Below, piece after piece: positions 49,545-64,000 of a DNA stretch of 64,000 nt. The notes beneath the pieces were generated by a model. It saw only the letters and a program-made list of their open reading frames with translations, was not told the origin of the DNA and searched no databases. The DNA comes from Antedon mediterranea (Eukaryota > Animalia > Echinodermata), in the NCBI RefSeq assembly GCF_964355755.1, contig NC_092673.1, positions 30,129,648 through 30,193,647 on the forward strand, read 5' to 3'. The translations under genes and the position numbers were made by a program. Each line of letters starts with the position of its first letter. Within the stretch, counting starts at the first letter, position 1.

Positions 49545-50792
49545 CTGAGAATCAATTAAAAGACAATTTACACAATTGAATTACAAGTTAGAGGTTAATA
49601 GTGTATCGATATCGGGTTAATGATATGTTTCCTTTATTAGGTGGATTGTATCGATAAATGAATGGAGAGAGAATTACCCATTTTCAAGAAGATGGTTAGA
49701 TGAAATAATTCTTATTTTCTCAAGAAATTATTGCTCAACAAAATGCCGTGCAAAGTAAAGATTAAGAGACATTTACATGTGAAACGACCTGGGGACAATG
49801 ATATATATGCTTTAACACTACGAGAAGTTCAGAAGACACTTTATTAGGGGGAGGGGGGTAGATTTTATTAGGGGGACACTTTATTGAGGGAGAAACTTAG
49901 GGGAAACTTTATTATGGGGAACTTATAGGGAAGACACTTTTAAATATTAGGGGTGGGGAGGCATTTTTTATGGGGGTGGGTGAGACACTTTATTGGGTTC
50001 CGAAAATGTTCTCTTAAGCTTTTATGAAAATATTGGTTCTATATCTTATGCAATATACATACACAGAAGATTATGTTAATTAAGGGGTGGGGGAGGGTGT
50101 GGCTATGGTGGGGTGTATGTTTTTTCACCCAGCCTGAAACATGGCATATTTTAAATATTTGATTTGATTTCAAATAAATGAATGGTAACCATTTATAATT
50201 AAACTGGAGAAACAAATTCTGTATTACATATACACAGTCTAGTGGTGTATATAAACACACTGAAACAGTTTATGATCACCGTCCATTCACTTGACATAAT
50301 GAAATGGTCTATCCAGTAATTACCCAATGGTATAAATGCCGACGTTAATATCCTCACTATATCATTGTGTAATATATGGGTCAACTGATGACAAAGGTCA
50401 CAGAAGTTATTGCGGATTTGGAGGTTTAAAACGCCGGTCTTGTCACGAAATACTAATTTATTTAAAACATCAATTTGAAAACAAGTTGCTGTAACACGCA
50501 AAGGATCACACGGACTATACATTTGGGTAATAGACAAATTACCCAATAGTAAATCGTTCTCTGGCGTAGGTTTTAGATAAGTTTTAGCTAATTTGATATA
50601 CTTAATTTGCATTTAATTTAAACTGATTATTTGGCATAGATAAAATATCCATGCGTACTCATTCATTTTAAATGAAGGTATACAGTTATTTTACATAAAG
50701 GAATAATGAATATCACACCAAAATAACATTAAAATCGATTCCTAGGATTCTACAATATGCCTACATTTCTTACCAGAAATCATTTACTATTA

Positions 50793-51055
50793 TGTGTGAT
50801 AGACATGTAATTTCGTGTGACAGACATGTAATATTCGTGTGACCGACATGTAATATTCGTGTGACCGACATGTAATATTCGCGTGACAGACATGTAATAT
50901 TCGTGTGACAGACATGTAATATTCGTGTGACCGACATGTAATATTCGTGTGACAGACATGTAATACTCGTGTGACCGACATGTAATATTCGTGTGACAGA
51001 CATGTAATATTACAGACATGTAATATTCGTGTGACAGATATGTAATATTCGTGTG
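50793..51055. repeat. 22-bp tandem repeat (CAGACATGTAATATTCGTGTGA), about 12 copies
   Basis: Directly visible. Confidence 0.92.
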
Positions 51056-54000
51056 GCACGCGAGTACCAATTCAATTCAATTCACATTTATTTAGCTGAT
51101 TGTGTGTGAATATAAAAAAATCTAACACGCGATGATACGCCTATTATGATTAAAAGGATATTTGTTATGACAGAAATTGCCTTTAAAAGTACACGTAGCC
51201 TAATAGTGATTTAATTGATTTTTGTTAATAAATGGAATAAATTGACTTACAGTAACAAAGCAACAGAGACAATATTACTCAATATTATACATACAAATTA
51301 ATATCTCAGCCAACAAAAGTACAATGGGTTTAGACAGAAACAGAACAGACAATATTGTGTGTAACGACTGACGGCTTGGCACGCTTACAAAAACGTAATT
51401 AGTATTTTAATTTCAATTAGTACAATGTACAATGGATAGGTTGAAACGGTCTTGTAGCTTAAGCGATTAATTCAATTCAATTCAATTTCTTTTTATTTCG
51501 GAAATATCATCCATATTAATAAACGTATAAGCAGAAAAAAAAAATTCGTAAACTCTAAACTTAAGTATATAGAATGCTTCTCCATCTACAATACATTTTG
51601 GAGTTATGGAGCATATTTACCCAACATGTTTTTCACTTGCGTCGTGGGTTCAGTGCTAGTCGCCGCTCTTGAGTAAGTTAAGACATGTGAATGGCACTAT
51701 TGATGTAGTTTAAGATAAACCACTTAAAAAAACAGCGATAAACATACGATGTAGACTTGAATAACATATTGGGAATGAATGAATGTAATATTTTCTATCC
51801 TATTATAATGTTTTCAACTTTACTAGCGTGTGCATTATGTTATACCGCCCTCTGCCATACGATAACGCCATAAGATAAAAACTAAAACTGCTTAACTGAA
51901 GTTTAATTATAATGATATTTATCGGCAAATTTTAAAAAGTACATACTTTGCAAGGAGCAGCACTAATTGGTTATCCACTTTTCTTTTACTTAAGGTCGAT
52001 CAAAAACAATAATAGGTCCTACATTGCCACTAGCTAACTTCAACAAATTAACAATAAATATATTTGATCAGTCTTATCAGATTAATTTAAAGTCTGTAAT
52101 GTGTTTGCATATATAGGCCTATATATATATTTCATATATAGCAGAACACTCGATTATGTATTTGTACAGTGGCTTTATATATTAAGTAGCCAGGTTATGT
52201 AAACAAATACATAATATTAATAATAATGCAACAGCAATACTGCACCCGCCACTTTGTTTTAATTTTCGGTTTACATGTAATCGTGTACTAAACCAATAAA
52301 AGAGCCAATCGTCATGACATATATTATCGATCAAATAAGTATACACAATCATAAACTAATAGACTTTTAAATAATTCCACTACTAAAAAGAAATGTCAAA
52401 CAATATCACGACATCAAATAATTACGGTTTATCGAAATGGTCCGAGTTGGCCTCTAGCAGAAAAATTCGATTAGTTAATAAAATGCACAAATGAATGGCC
52501 TCGTCTTACAACTAAAATAATGACACAACCATTATATTATATTTATTTATTACTATAATCGTGAATTGATTTACATAGAGGGAAATGGCGAACAGACATT
52601 TAATATATTCATAATAAACCGTTAAGGGCACAAATTGTTAGTGACGTCATCGCGGTTTATCAGTTCCTTTCCTAACAATCAATTATATTGTTAATTTTAT
52701 ATGAAAAACAGGCAAAGCATGTAATGAAAACTTATCTAGTTGGTCAACACAGAATGAAAACAACAAATTATAAGTGTAGTATTGAACAATTGATGTGATG
52801 GCACTAGTTACAATCCGTTACGCGTGAGGAATTTGTGAATGACGTATACAATGCATAAACGGACATAAATAGAGAGAAGATCGTACTCCTCGTTGCTTAA
52901 GATGATTGTACATAATATTGTAGCAAGCTAGAGATGTTTTGAATAAAAGTACGGCACTCGTCATCAGAAGATTTCATAGACGTCACATTTCTAAACAATG
53001 TTTAACACAAAATTACACATTTAATTTTACATAAATGGAATTGCATTAATTTATTAGATTTTTAGACTCCGTTTTCAAGCATCACATAAAAACTCATATA
53101 CTTTTTGCGTCAGATTTTTATTTTTAGTATGGATCGTACTAAAATGATTTATAACTAGGAGAGTAATCCATCTAGTAGATGAAGTGTCCAGGTAGAACAC
53201 TTGAAATCACGCTACATACACGTTTCATACCTCATTATAACATTGACAACATTGACAAAATGCTTTGGACTTTGAAAAAACATAGTTTCAATAGTAATGT
53301 TACGGAAATGAACGCATGGGCATGTTTAAGCAATGCATGAGATTTATGATGGATGTTGTTTAATCTTGCAGACGAATACAAACTTTCTTAAATAAGCAAA
53401 ATCTATTTGAGTGAATCGGACATTCATGAGTTCTGATTGGTTGTGCGCGATTATCGCACCGCAAAAAGTACATTTAAAATATTGAATACACGCACGACGA
53501 CGGGTAAATCAAACCAATTCGATTCGTGGTTGTATTTGTGTCGTTTTTTCTATGCTTGTTTTTGTTTTTATGTAATTTATGCTTTGTATTATTGTATTTC
53601 TTTGTCTGGGAAATAAATGAATATGAATATGAAACGAAAAAGAAGAAGAACGACGGCTTTTAATTAATATATCCACTCAGTGCTGTACCTCATATTAAAG
53701 AAATTGTAATAATTAGTAATATGGACCGAAGGTGTCTGAATCCCAATCAAACACAATTGAAAAAAGAGCTATCAACCAGCCAATCTAATTATCTAAACGA
53801 ATTAAATTTCACTATTCCTTGCAAATATAAATACTTGCTTTGAATTATTCAAGTGATTCTTGATTTGCCATTAGTGTTGATTGCAATATCACGAAATATA
53901 CTATCCTATGAATTAAGTTGTATATTGAAATGAGAGTGTACACTCTGTCAGACAAAGTACTCCGTAGGCAGACAGAAGTGATATCATAATTATACATTTG

Positions 54001-55117
54001 GCCATTTGAAAATTAAAAGAAAAATAAGGAAGAGAATGCATTTGAAGGTTATGATGTCAAAACGTGCATTGTCAATTTATTATTGAATTGTTTGTTCCAG
54101 GAAAGATTGGTTTTGTAGCGCGCCTGTATAAAGTCAAATGGCAATCATATGTGTTCTTATTGGCTTAGTCATTAGAAGTGGAGCTAAAATTATCGGTAGA
54201 GTAATATGCCTACCTATATTACCACAAGAGGATGGAGAAGATAGTGAGTTGACGTGAGACCGAGTTGACTGAGGTCTTCCGAGATGGTTCAGGGCCGACT
54301 AAATGAAATTCGATTCAGTAAAGAAAGGGGAAAGAGAAGAGAGATGGAAAGGGTTCTAAAAATAGAATGGTAGAGAGGACGACAAATCCTCTTTTATATA
54401 TCAGAAGATGGTATGGTATCAATTCTGTTGAAAACAAATAAACAACTACATCTACTTCATTATTCAACAATACATTTAATATATTAGACTAGGTAATATA
54501 CTGCGCAATCATCCGCATATTGGTGGGTCCCATGTGGGCATATCAAATGGGGACTACGTTAATGAGGTATTATAGCCTATAAAAATATTCTCTTTCGGGA
54601 AAAATTATTATGGGCGGGCACTTCGACATAAAAGAGGCTTGGTAGTACCGTTAAAACACAGAGTAGAACACCTCAACGGTATCCCCCGAGAGAAATCAGA
54701 ATGGTTGTTTTATACAAATATTGCGCATGTAATTTGGTTTTAAAGACGTTATATTGTAAGGCTATTATCTCAATGTGTAAAAACTTACAACTACGACATG
54801 ATTGCATAAACAGCAAATCTAAAAGATATCATTAACATAAGCAATTTCCACAAAGTGCAATGTTTTCTATGTAAATGAAAACGGGTGATATAGGAGTGAG
54901 TCATTTGTTGATCCACAACTATTGAAAGATCAAAATATACAGTTTTATGTTTGTTAAAATAGGCTTATTTTTAATTTGCAATGTTGGTAAATTTACAGTA
55001 GGCCTAATACTATTATTAGTAGCTGTGGTTGAAGTTCGGCTATTATATTATCCGTTTTGCCTTCACTCTCACACTAAAATATATACGGTAACTATAATAT
55101 GGTTCAGGGTTGCTTAA

Positions 55118-55324
55118 GCTTGGTTCCCACTAGCGACGCAACGTAACGCAACCGACGCAACGTAAGGAAATGCCCTTCTAATAATTGTGTCTGCCCCCGC
55201 CTGCGTGAAATCAAACTTGCGATGTTTGCAGCAATATTGCGTAGTCGGTTCCCTCCCACGTGATTACGCAATACAGCACTTTGCGTCGATACGTCGCTGC
55301 GTTGCATTTTAATGGGAACCAAGC
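55118..55324. mobile_element. MITE family A copy
   Basis: TTAA|GCTTGGTTCCCACTAG...TGGGAACCAAGC|TTTA; the interior resembles the outer element at 47585. Confidence 0.8.
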
Positions 55325-57157
55325 TTTACACTTTAATATAATAGACGTAGGCCTACGTATTGCCTGGTATGGTAAACCAGCCTAGCAGATTCAGGGTTGT
55401 TGTCCACACGAAAGCATCTACTGTAATATAATGGTTCAATCTATATATCCGATGTAAACTAATTTAGCCTTATGTAAACCAACCTTCGCAGGATTAAACG
55501 TGTTTGATATTAATTGCTTTTTACCTTTTAAACATGTCACAGCAATCATCCAATCACAGCGCGGAACTATGTGAAGCTGTATTGACATTTTATTGCATTT
55601 TAACTGAGGCTAGATATATTGCATACTGCACACGATCATCAATGTTATCGTCAAGTAATGCGATAAGCATTCAGTAAAGCACGACAGTTTGAAATGTCAA
55701 GTTTCTTGTAGAAGGCTCACTATGTTTTAGATCAATCAACTTCATACTCAAAGTCGGATCTATATCACTACCCTTCGGGCAATAACTTTCTGCAAGTCGA
55801 GTGTTAATTAAATAATCTTCGTCGCTCGTTTTACATCTTTACTGCCATTTGAACCATTTAAGTTAAAGAGAGCGCAATTGTTGCAAGATATCAGGACACA
55901 CAGCTCCAATCATGCAATTAAAACATGGTCTGTTTCACATATAAGATTTGTTATAAGTAAAACCATTATCTCTATTAATACACCCTTTGATATTATAGTA
56001 TATCTATCTTAGGAACATAAGTCATCCGTAAATGCCACAAGTTAAGTTCACAAATAGAGTGAAAGACAAATCAGATTCATAGTCCAAAAGACGTTTTTTA
56101 ATATAACAATCAAAGTCTCTCTGCTTTGTTTTACATAATTCAAATTTATAATCGGCCTCCTCTCATCAAATTTTCCAGGAATTGATGGGACACGTCATAG
56201 GGAATCGTGAATGTGATGTCACTCTTCTCTGATGATATAGTGGGCGTGGCAACTATACAGTATCTTGGTGGAGTTATTTAACAAAAGTCTATAATTTATA
56301 AGATAGCTTCTCAAAAGATATCGGGCTTTGAAAGTATCCATAATTGGCAAGTTTAAGTTTTAATTGATGCCAGGTTGTCTATTGTAAACAACTGGACTTC
56401 TTAATTGTGTAAACATAAATGAAGAGGTTGAAGTAGAAAACAGATAAAACAGCTTTACTTTGAATTATAGAGCAAATAATATAAGGTAACCGAACTCCTG
56501 CAAGATGATTTAATGTGCTTAAAGAGTATAGCTCCGGGTTTATTGCAGAATAATAAATAACAAACAATATTACGAAAAAGTATAGAACGCCGTTTCGCTC
56601 AGCAGCTGTCGAATAAGTAAAATTATTATAAATGTTGTTATATAAGGTTTATGTTTTAACCCTTTAATACCCTATCTATCCCTCTCCACCATTTTTCAAT
56701 ATCTGTTCTACTAGAATATTTATGCAAAAAACATATGATAGTGATAACAACAGCCGAAGTAAAACACAAACAAGTTGTTATTATTAACTTAATAAGTTTA
56801 ATCATGGAGATAGCTCCATGGTTTAATACAGTAAATATAAATCATTAAAAACTATACTGTTTATCATGTAAAGTAAAAAATGGAATCGCATTTTCCAGAT
56901 TTGCCTATCACAATAAATGTTTTACCTGCTATATACCACAAAGATAAATATATTTAGATTTTGACCTCATGATATTAATATTATGAGAAATGTTACGTTT
57001 CTATTAGCAAAACTTTAATAAAGCAAAACTCGTCAAAATGTTATTCTATCTAGTATTTATATTGAAATTGGAAAAGATCTGATATTGGATTTAAAACGTA
57101 ATAGGCTAACGTTATATTTCAACTGTAGAGTAATGAAATATGTTTTATATAATTACA

Positions 57158-57268
57158 GCTTGGTTCACACTTGAACGAAACGCAATGACGTGGGCATATT
57201 AGTCGACCAATCACAAGCAAAGATTGCGCCAAATTGCGATGCGCTTACATTCCTAGTGGAAACCGAGC
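57158..57268. mobile_element. Short degenerate MITE family A copy
   Basis: GCTTGGTTCACACTTG...CTAGTGGAAACCGAGC. Confidence 0.65.
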
Positions 57269-59754
57269 TTAAACGACGAAAATGTCAACGATTACAAAAT
57301 GCCTTGGTTTGTTTGAAAGTTTAACAGACGTTGGAATGTTGCAGAATAATTCCATAACCTACAGGAAAATATGATTTGTGTGCCGAAAAAAATAAAAAAT
57401 GTATGTAGCTATGTAGCCAATGTGACACACGTTATTTATGCAACATTTCCGTTCCGCACGAGTAAAAATACTTCTACGCCACAACTCTGGACTGTCGTAT
57501 ACAACACCGTACTAACTAATGTTTTGACAGACCGCGCTCTTATTCGTAGAAATTCTAGAAATAACCAAATTTGTTTACAGGTCCTCTGTTGATAGAATCG
57601 ATAAAAACCATGTTAATTGGCAATGTCGGTTCTTTGGGATACCGTTAGCAACTGACGCCATACAATTATAAAGAGAATAGATTTTGTAAACAATGTCAGG
57701 TAACGAAGATAGACCTACACATTCCACAAACACTTTCATCATTACTTAACGTACACTATGAAACATTAAAGAAAACAACACAATCGAGTAGGAAGATTTC
57801 TTTCTAAGAAAGCTAAGCTAATTTAGGCATAATCATTAATTATAATAACTTGTTTCAATACATATCCGAATTAGGTAATTTTAGTGATGGTTTAGGATTA
57901 GTCAACATGGCATTGCTAGATTGAAGAGGTTCTTTTATCCGAATAAACGAAAAAAAGTATAAAACATCATATCATCTAATAATCCTGCTCAGTTATTATA
58001 CTTAAGGCTAGTATTATTATCAATAGCGGATCCAGTATTTTAAAAGGGAGGGCCTAAAAATGGTGAAGTGAAGTGCTGGACATCCTGGTTTGAATCTAGC
58101 TCTCAAAAAACTGAACCATTTTTTTGTATCTTCTCCTAAACCGAACAATACGTTGTTTTCTGTATTCTTCTAAACCAAGGAGTTTCAGCTAGGGTCTAAA
58201 TCCTAAAGTGTCTAGTACGACGATTTCCCCAAAAAATAGTATTTTTAGAACAATATTGTTCCTATACTGAACGCACCCCTACACGGGCTCGGCAACAAAA
58301 GGTGCATCAGATAGTAGGAACACTTGATCTAAAATTATAACATTTTAAAGATTATTGATAACTCACTCACATACGTTTAATGTTTAATAAGCTGTCATTT
58401 CTCAATGAATAATTGTAACTTTGTAATAATACAGACACGCCTGATTTGACACACTTCTACGTTGCCTTCATTTCAAGTTATCATTTGTCAATAAAGAAAA
58501 CAAATTTATATTGCAACAAAAATACAAGACAATGTGATTTACAGACACGTGATTAGCGAACAGAACATAAAAAAAAAGATCAAATCAGCGACACTTTCCT
58601 GTCATTTAGTTTTAATATTAACATTTTGATTATCTTATGGGTAAAGTATACATTGAAAAAATTCAATGCTGCAACGATATACGTAGTGTGCTGAGACAAT
58701 AAACATTTGATTTTCAAATGTTGTTTTGAATACTAGTCCTGTACTACTCCTAAACTAAAATACAAAATTCAAACACCGATAGAGGGCACGCTATTTAATA
58801 ATTCAGTCCCTATTGAAGATACAGAGAGATCGAGATTTAATCATCTGTGTGACGTCACCAATATATTGATTTTTATGAGAAAAAAATTAGGCCGAATTTT
58901 GTAGCTACCAACAGGACGGTTATGACTTCAAGAATATTTGATGGTTGTAACATATTTATTGGATCATATTCCCAAGTCAGTAATGTTTGTCCAATGTTTA
59001 CCTGTGAAGTGTCACAGTGCCCTTGCGTGAGAAAAATAATTTGCATTTGCTTGAATGCGTATGTCTAAAACAGGAGTTGAGTTGTATTTCACCAGTTTCT
59101 ATTTAGGCCTAATAAACTCACGCTTATTACAGTGATATTCGAGTTCGTCCAATTGTCACACACAATATCGATTTTCAACCAAAAAAATTATTCATTTGAA
59201 TGATGAGGCTTATTGTATTTCAAGACGAAGTTGTTCATGTGGCCATTAGGGAGAGGGAATACGATAATTACCCGATTGGACTGCTTAAGTTGCCCTAATA
59301 AAATCTTAGAAAAGAATACACTTCCCTCATAATCGATTTTTTCTGATACATAATCATCTTCAAGAAAATAATAATTCAATACATCTCATTGCCCAGAATG
59401 GTTGTTATACAATCTATGCTAAGGTATAATTTACGTTAAAAGGAAAGGTTGGTTTTCAAAAAAATGTACAGTATTACTACACTTAAAAGAAAGTATTGGT
59501 TAACGTATTTTAGATTAATTCATTGTGTTACGTAAGAAAATGATATTGTTATCTAGGCTAAAGTAACCGAGTACGTCTAGACTTGAAACGTGATTTTAAG
59601 CCATGGAAAACAATAATTTCGAGATGCAAAATAAATAAGTAAATTCGGTGAAACAAAAATACAACAATAACAGGGAATAACAAAAAAGAATCATCTACTA
59701 GACTAGACTAAACAAGACTAGACTAAAAAATAGTAATAATTTCCATAGTAGGCG

Positions 59755-60450
59755 TTAGTTAGTTATCCCAAATACTTTAATGTATAGTTTTGTTTGTTTT
59801 AGGAGGCCTTATTAGTTATCCCACATACTTTAATGTACCATTTTGTTTGTTTTAGGAGGCCTTAGTTAGTTATCCCAAATACTTTAATGTACCATTTTGT
59901 TTGTTTTAGGAGGCCTTAGTAAGTTATCCCACATACTTTAATGTACCATTTTGTTTGTTTTAGGAGGCCTTAGTTAGTTATCCCACATACTTTAATGTAC
60001 CATTTTGTTTGTTTTAGGAGGCCTTAGTTAGTTATCCCAAATACTTTAATGTACCATTTTGTTTGTTTTAGGAGGCCTTAGTTAGTTATCCCACATACTT
60101 TAATGTACCATTTTGTTTGTTTTAGGAGGCCTTAGTTAGTTATCCCACATACTTTAATGTACAATTTTGTTTGTTTTAGGAGGCCTTAGTTAGTTATCCC
60201 ACATACTTTAATGTACAATTTTGTTTGTTTTAGGAGGCCTTAGTTAGTTATCCCACATACTTTAATGTACCATTTTGTTTGTTTTAGGAGGCCTTAGTTA
60301 GTTATCCCACATACTTTAATGTACCATTTTGTTTGTTTTAGGAGGCCTTAGTTAGTTATCCCACATACTTTAATGTACCATTTTGTTTGTTTTAGGAGGC
60401 CTTAGTTAGTTATCCCACATACTTTAATGTACCATTTTGTTTGTTTTAGG
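59755..60450. repeat. 54-bp tandem repeat, about 13 copies
   Basis: Unit TTAGTTAGTTATCCCACATACTTTAATGTACCATTTTGTTTGTTTTAGGAGGCC. Confidence 0.95.
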
Positions 60451-62269
60451 ACCTCATGATAATAAAAACTAGTTGTTAAGAACCTAATACAACGGTTAAT
60501 AATTTCAAGCACACACAAATTATTCAATCAGAAACCAAGTTGTGAGCAGATATTGTGACAATTAATTATACATTTCGTTTACATTTGACTGTAGGATTAT
60601 GGTAATTGGAAATAATAGAAAAGTGACATTTGTAATATTAAACATTGTAAATGATATTACGATTGCAAAACAGTGTTTAAAATTTCATAAGGAGGAGAGA
60701 TAAGAGATAAATTTATTGAACAAACGCTTTTGTATCGGAGGATTAAGTGATTGCTTACTTGATCTCTGTATATTACTACTGTTGTGTTTACCAGCATAAT
60801 CATAGCATTGACTTGCCAATAATTAATAATGACGTGGGTGCAGACAATACAGCTTGATTTTTCCCTCATTTTTTTGTGGTTAAAAGCACTTTCAAATAGT
60901 TATATAAGGGCCTGTTCAGACTTAGTTATTTACCCGCTAAGTTGGCTTTATGTACCAATTATTGCTACCATTGGTGAGTTAGTAGGTTAGTAATGTCCAA
61001 ATTTTCCCAGGTAAATAACTAAGCTAAGTTGCACTTGTACTGTCGCATGCCACGCGTATCTCTTGTAATTTCAAACCATGACTACGGCCATGGTTGTAAA
61101 AAATTTATAAATCCAAAACCATTATCTTAAAACTATATTATACAGTATTATAAAAAACTAGTTTGAAAAAAAGTGTGATGTACTAAAATTATGGTAGTGA
61201 TATCCTCAAATATAGTAATGGTATGGTATTATCATGTCCATATATTATGGTCACATCACATTTTGTTGTCGCATAAAGTTTGATAGTGTAGACAGAGCTT
61301 TAGGGGATACATTGGCTTGTTTTCCGCAGGGACCCAAACAAGTGTCCTTTAATAAGGGTGTCTCTGCAGATTGAACGTAAAGTGTATTCATTTAATGGCA
61401 AAGTGTACACATTCACGTGAAATGAACGAAGAGCAAATAGGCTATCTCCCTTATATAGTGTTCCCTGAATAGAGTGACAAACGATGGAAAAGACGATAGG
61501 GTTAACTGTACTACTATTATATTATAGTTTTAAAATGTATGAAACGCCAAAGAAGAAAAAAACATGCAACGATGATTTAATATTAAAACAAAGCAGATCA
61601 CTGTTTATATAGGCCTAAATCTACAGCATACTTTGGAGCGATGTTTACTTCGTTGATAACTCTCGCCCTATTTAATATAATTAGCATTCGTAAATTGCAA
61701 TAATTGATTATCAACTATGAATCTTACCAAAAGAATAAACGACATCTATAATTTTAGAACTTTTTGCACATAATAATCGTTAAATATATTATTATTATTA
61801 AATAATATTAAAATGCCATATATACTGTACGATATCGACCTGATGCAAATTAGATTTTGTCATTTAATACGTAATGAAATAACTACAATCAGTTGTTACA
61901 GGTAATAGAATAAATAAATACATAATGACCACGCATTCATTTTCAACACCACGTGACAGTGCATGTAAAAGTGCCTAAAAACATAACTATTTTATGTATA
62001 GTATTCAAGGTTGAAATATTGAAAATAAAGTACGTATAGTAATTATTCAATGTATAAATGGACGGCCTGGATATTTTATTAAATAACTAAACTTTTGAAA
62101 TATTGATTGTTGAATATAACTCGTAATTTTTATTGACTTGTGGTTGGTTTGGTTTTATGTTGGATAAAATAATGGGGACAATTGAATGATTATATTGATG
62201 TTTCTAAAGATAGATGATAGTAATAATTATGGTAACAGACAACAAACAGAGTGAAGAAGAGAAGGAGAG

Positions 62270-62620
62270 GATAATGACGAAAATGGTAATTTTGATTATG
62301 ACAACGGTTATTTTGAGGATTAAAATGGTGATTTTGATGATGACAATGGTGATTTTGATGAAAATGGTGATTTTAAAGATTAAAATGGTGATTTTGATGA
62401 TGACAATGGTGATTTTGATGAAAATGGTGATTTTAAAGATTAAAATGGTGATTGTGATGATGACAATGGTGATTGTGATGATGAAAACAGTGATTTTGAT
62501 GATGAAAACAGTGATTTTGATGATGACAATGATGATTTTGATAATAATTGTTAATTTGATGATAACAATAGTGATTGTGATGATGAAAACAGTGATTTTG
62601 ATTATGACAATGGTGATTTA
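62270..62620. repeat. Degenerate (GAT)n-derived repeat
   Basis: Recurring GGTGATTTTGATGATGAC/AA units. Confidence 0.85.
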
Positions 62621-63919
62621 ATATGCATGGGCCAAATGGAGAGAAGGAAGGTAAATATTGATATCATTATCATATGATGTCAATCATCTTGAAAATAATT
62701 TTAATGATATATATTTGACAATGACAACTTCTTTTATTTTCTTTGTACGATGAAAATTATAAAATAACAACAACAAATACAAACAAAGAAAATGGGAAAA
62801 TTCTACAAGCAGATGTATATAAAAGACAGACCTCATTTTAAATAGAAAATAAATAAACGTAAATCAGCTCTTAAATTATATAGCTATGTCTTCGCTATTA
62901 GGAAACGATAAGGATGGTATTAATTACATTGATGACAATGATGTTAACAATGATGATGAATAAAACTGTTATAACAATATTGATGAAATCTTCATTGTGC
63001 TCTTAAAAAATTAAACTGTAGGCGGAAGAAAAGAGAAGAGAGATTATAATAATGATATTTATGATACCTAATTTGCATAACAGATGCGCCAAGAAGTCGC
63101 AGACGTAAACTTTTCAGAATGTTTGTCGGAATGAAAGAATGGTTGAGATGGTGTTGTTGATAAAAAGATGAAATGCAACAAGTACGACTTAAATAGTTTA
63201 TTCAAATATTTAATATTAATTAGAATTTCGAAGATTACAAAAAAAAACCAATCAAGAATTAGTTGAATCATTTCATTTCCTGTGCTGTAATAAAAAAAAA
63301 TTATTCTCAGTACTGTAAAATTAGAAATAATAATTGTTTGGACGAAAATAATGTTTTTCATCTATATTTACTATTAATTAGAATTTTGAATAAAAATAAA
63401 TTAAGTATAGTTAATAATTCCATTTTCAACATAATGCATTGTAATAACAATCATATAATATAATATTTATTCTCAATACTGTAAAATTAGAAATAATACT
63501 TGTTTAGACAGAAAGATATTATGTTCTGTCTACCAACTTTAATATAATAATCATCAAAACCATTATATAAAATATTAACGATTACTGTATAACCGTTATC
63601 GCCATGGCATCGTTACTCAGGCATATTTACAATAAAAACAATGTCTGTAAAAATATCATTTGAGAACGAACGAATTCTTAATGGTCAAAGACCTCGTCCA
63701 ATTTCTAAATGGCTAATGATAATATTTAGCCAGGTAATCAACGAAGAGGAAAGAATTTTGAACGAATACCGCACACGTATCATTTACGTAATGGTATCAA
63801 TGGGTTGTTTTACTACGCATAGTTGATTCTAAAATGTTCCTAATACGCACGTTTAGAATTACCAAACACGACGACTAAACTTTCATTTTGATAATACACA
63901 TGAATTGAATTCTCAATCA

Positions 63920-64000
63920 AGCTTGGTTCCCTGTACTAGGACTCAACGCAACGACGTAAGCGCAAGACGAGTAAGTCGACCAATCACAAGCAAATTATTA
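63920..64000. mobile_element. Start of a MITE family A copy, cut by the window end
   Basis: AAGCTTGGTTCCC...CGCAACGACGTAAGCGCAAG...GACCAATCACAAGC. Confidence 0.6.

Noticed and set aside
62214-62621. 135-aa Met/Ile-rich ORF
   Set aside because: Degenerate (GAT)n repeat.
49545-64000. Upstream TRPC exons (start and first ankyrin repeats)
   Set aside because: The candidates I translated, including ORF 50199..50612 and a segment near 55.7 kb, lack ankyrin or TRPC motifs. The exons probably lie beyond the window, though I may have missed a short one.

Overview
AT-rich, intron-rich eukaryotic genomic DNA. Gene and repeat content point to a marine invertebrate, probably a deuterostome (inference). 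I can assemble three spliced loci by hand. (1) A minus-strand gene, 15184 to at least 2219, with a Q/W-rich segment and a 'DLQMDMQRAIRQEVAAAL' coiled-coil motif that resembles neuralized-like/PIR-type RING proteins; its 3' end runs off the window. (2) A plus-strand chimeric locus at ~19.9-34.0 kb: three C-type lectin exons splice in frame to an SRCR exon, a short linker and a 2.2-2.4 kb single exon. That exon encodes a long helical domain with a TcA-toxin/fern-insecticidal-protein-like C-terminus. The SRCR-linker-effector module is tandemly duplicated and both copies are phase-compatible with the one lectin, so this is a candidate lectin/scavenger-targeted pore-forming immune effector with two alternative payloads. 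(3) A minus-strand TRPC-family channel, at least 9 exons from 49544 to 38812, with a large coiled-coil-containing S3-S4 insertion. Introns and intergenic DNA hold nested Helitron/Helentron-type elements, MITE families, tRNA-derived SINEs, a LINE 3' fragment and several minisatellites. Three minisatellites are amplified functional junctions: a splice donor, a MITE end and a Helitron 3' end. All family assignments come from remembered motifs, not database searches.
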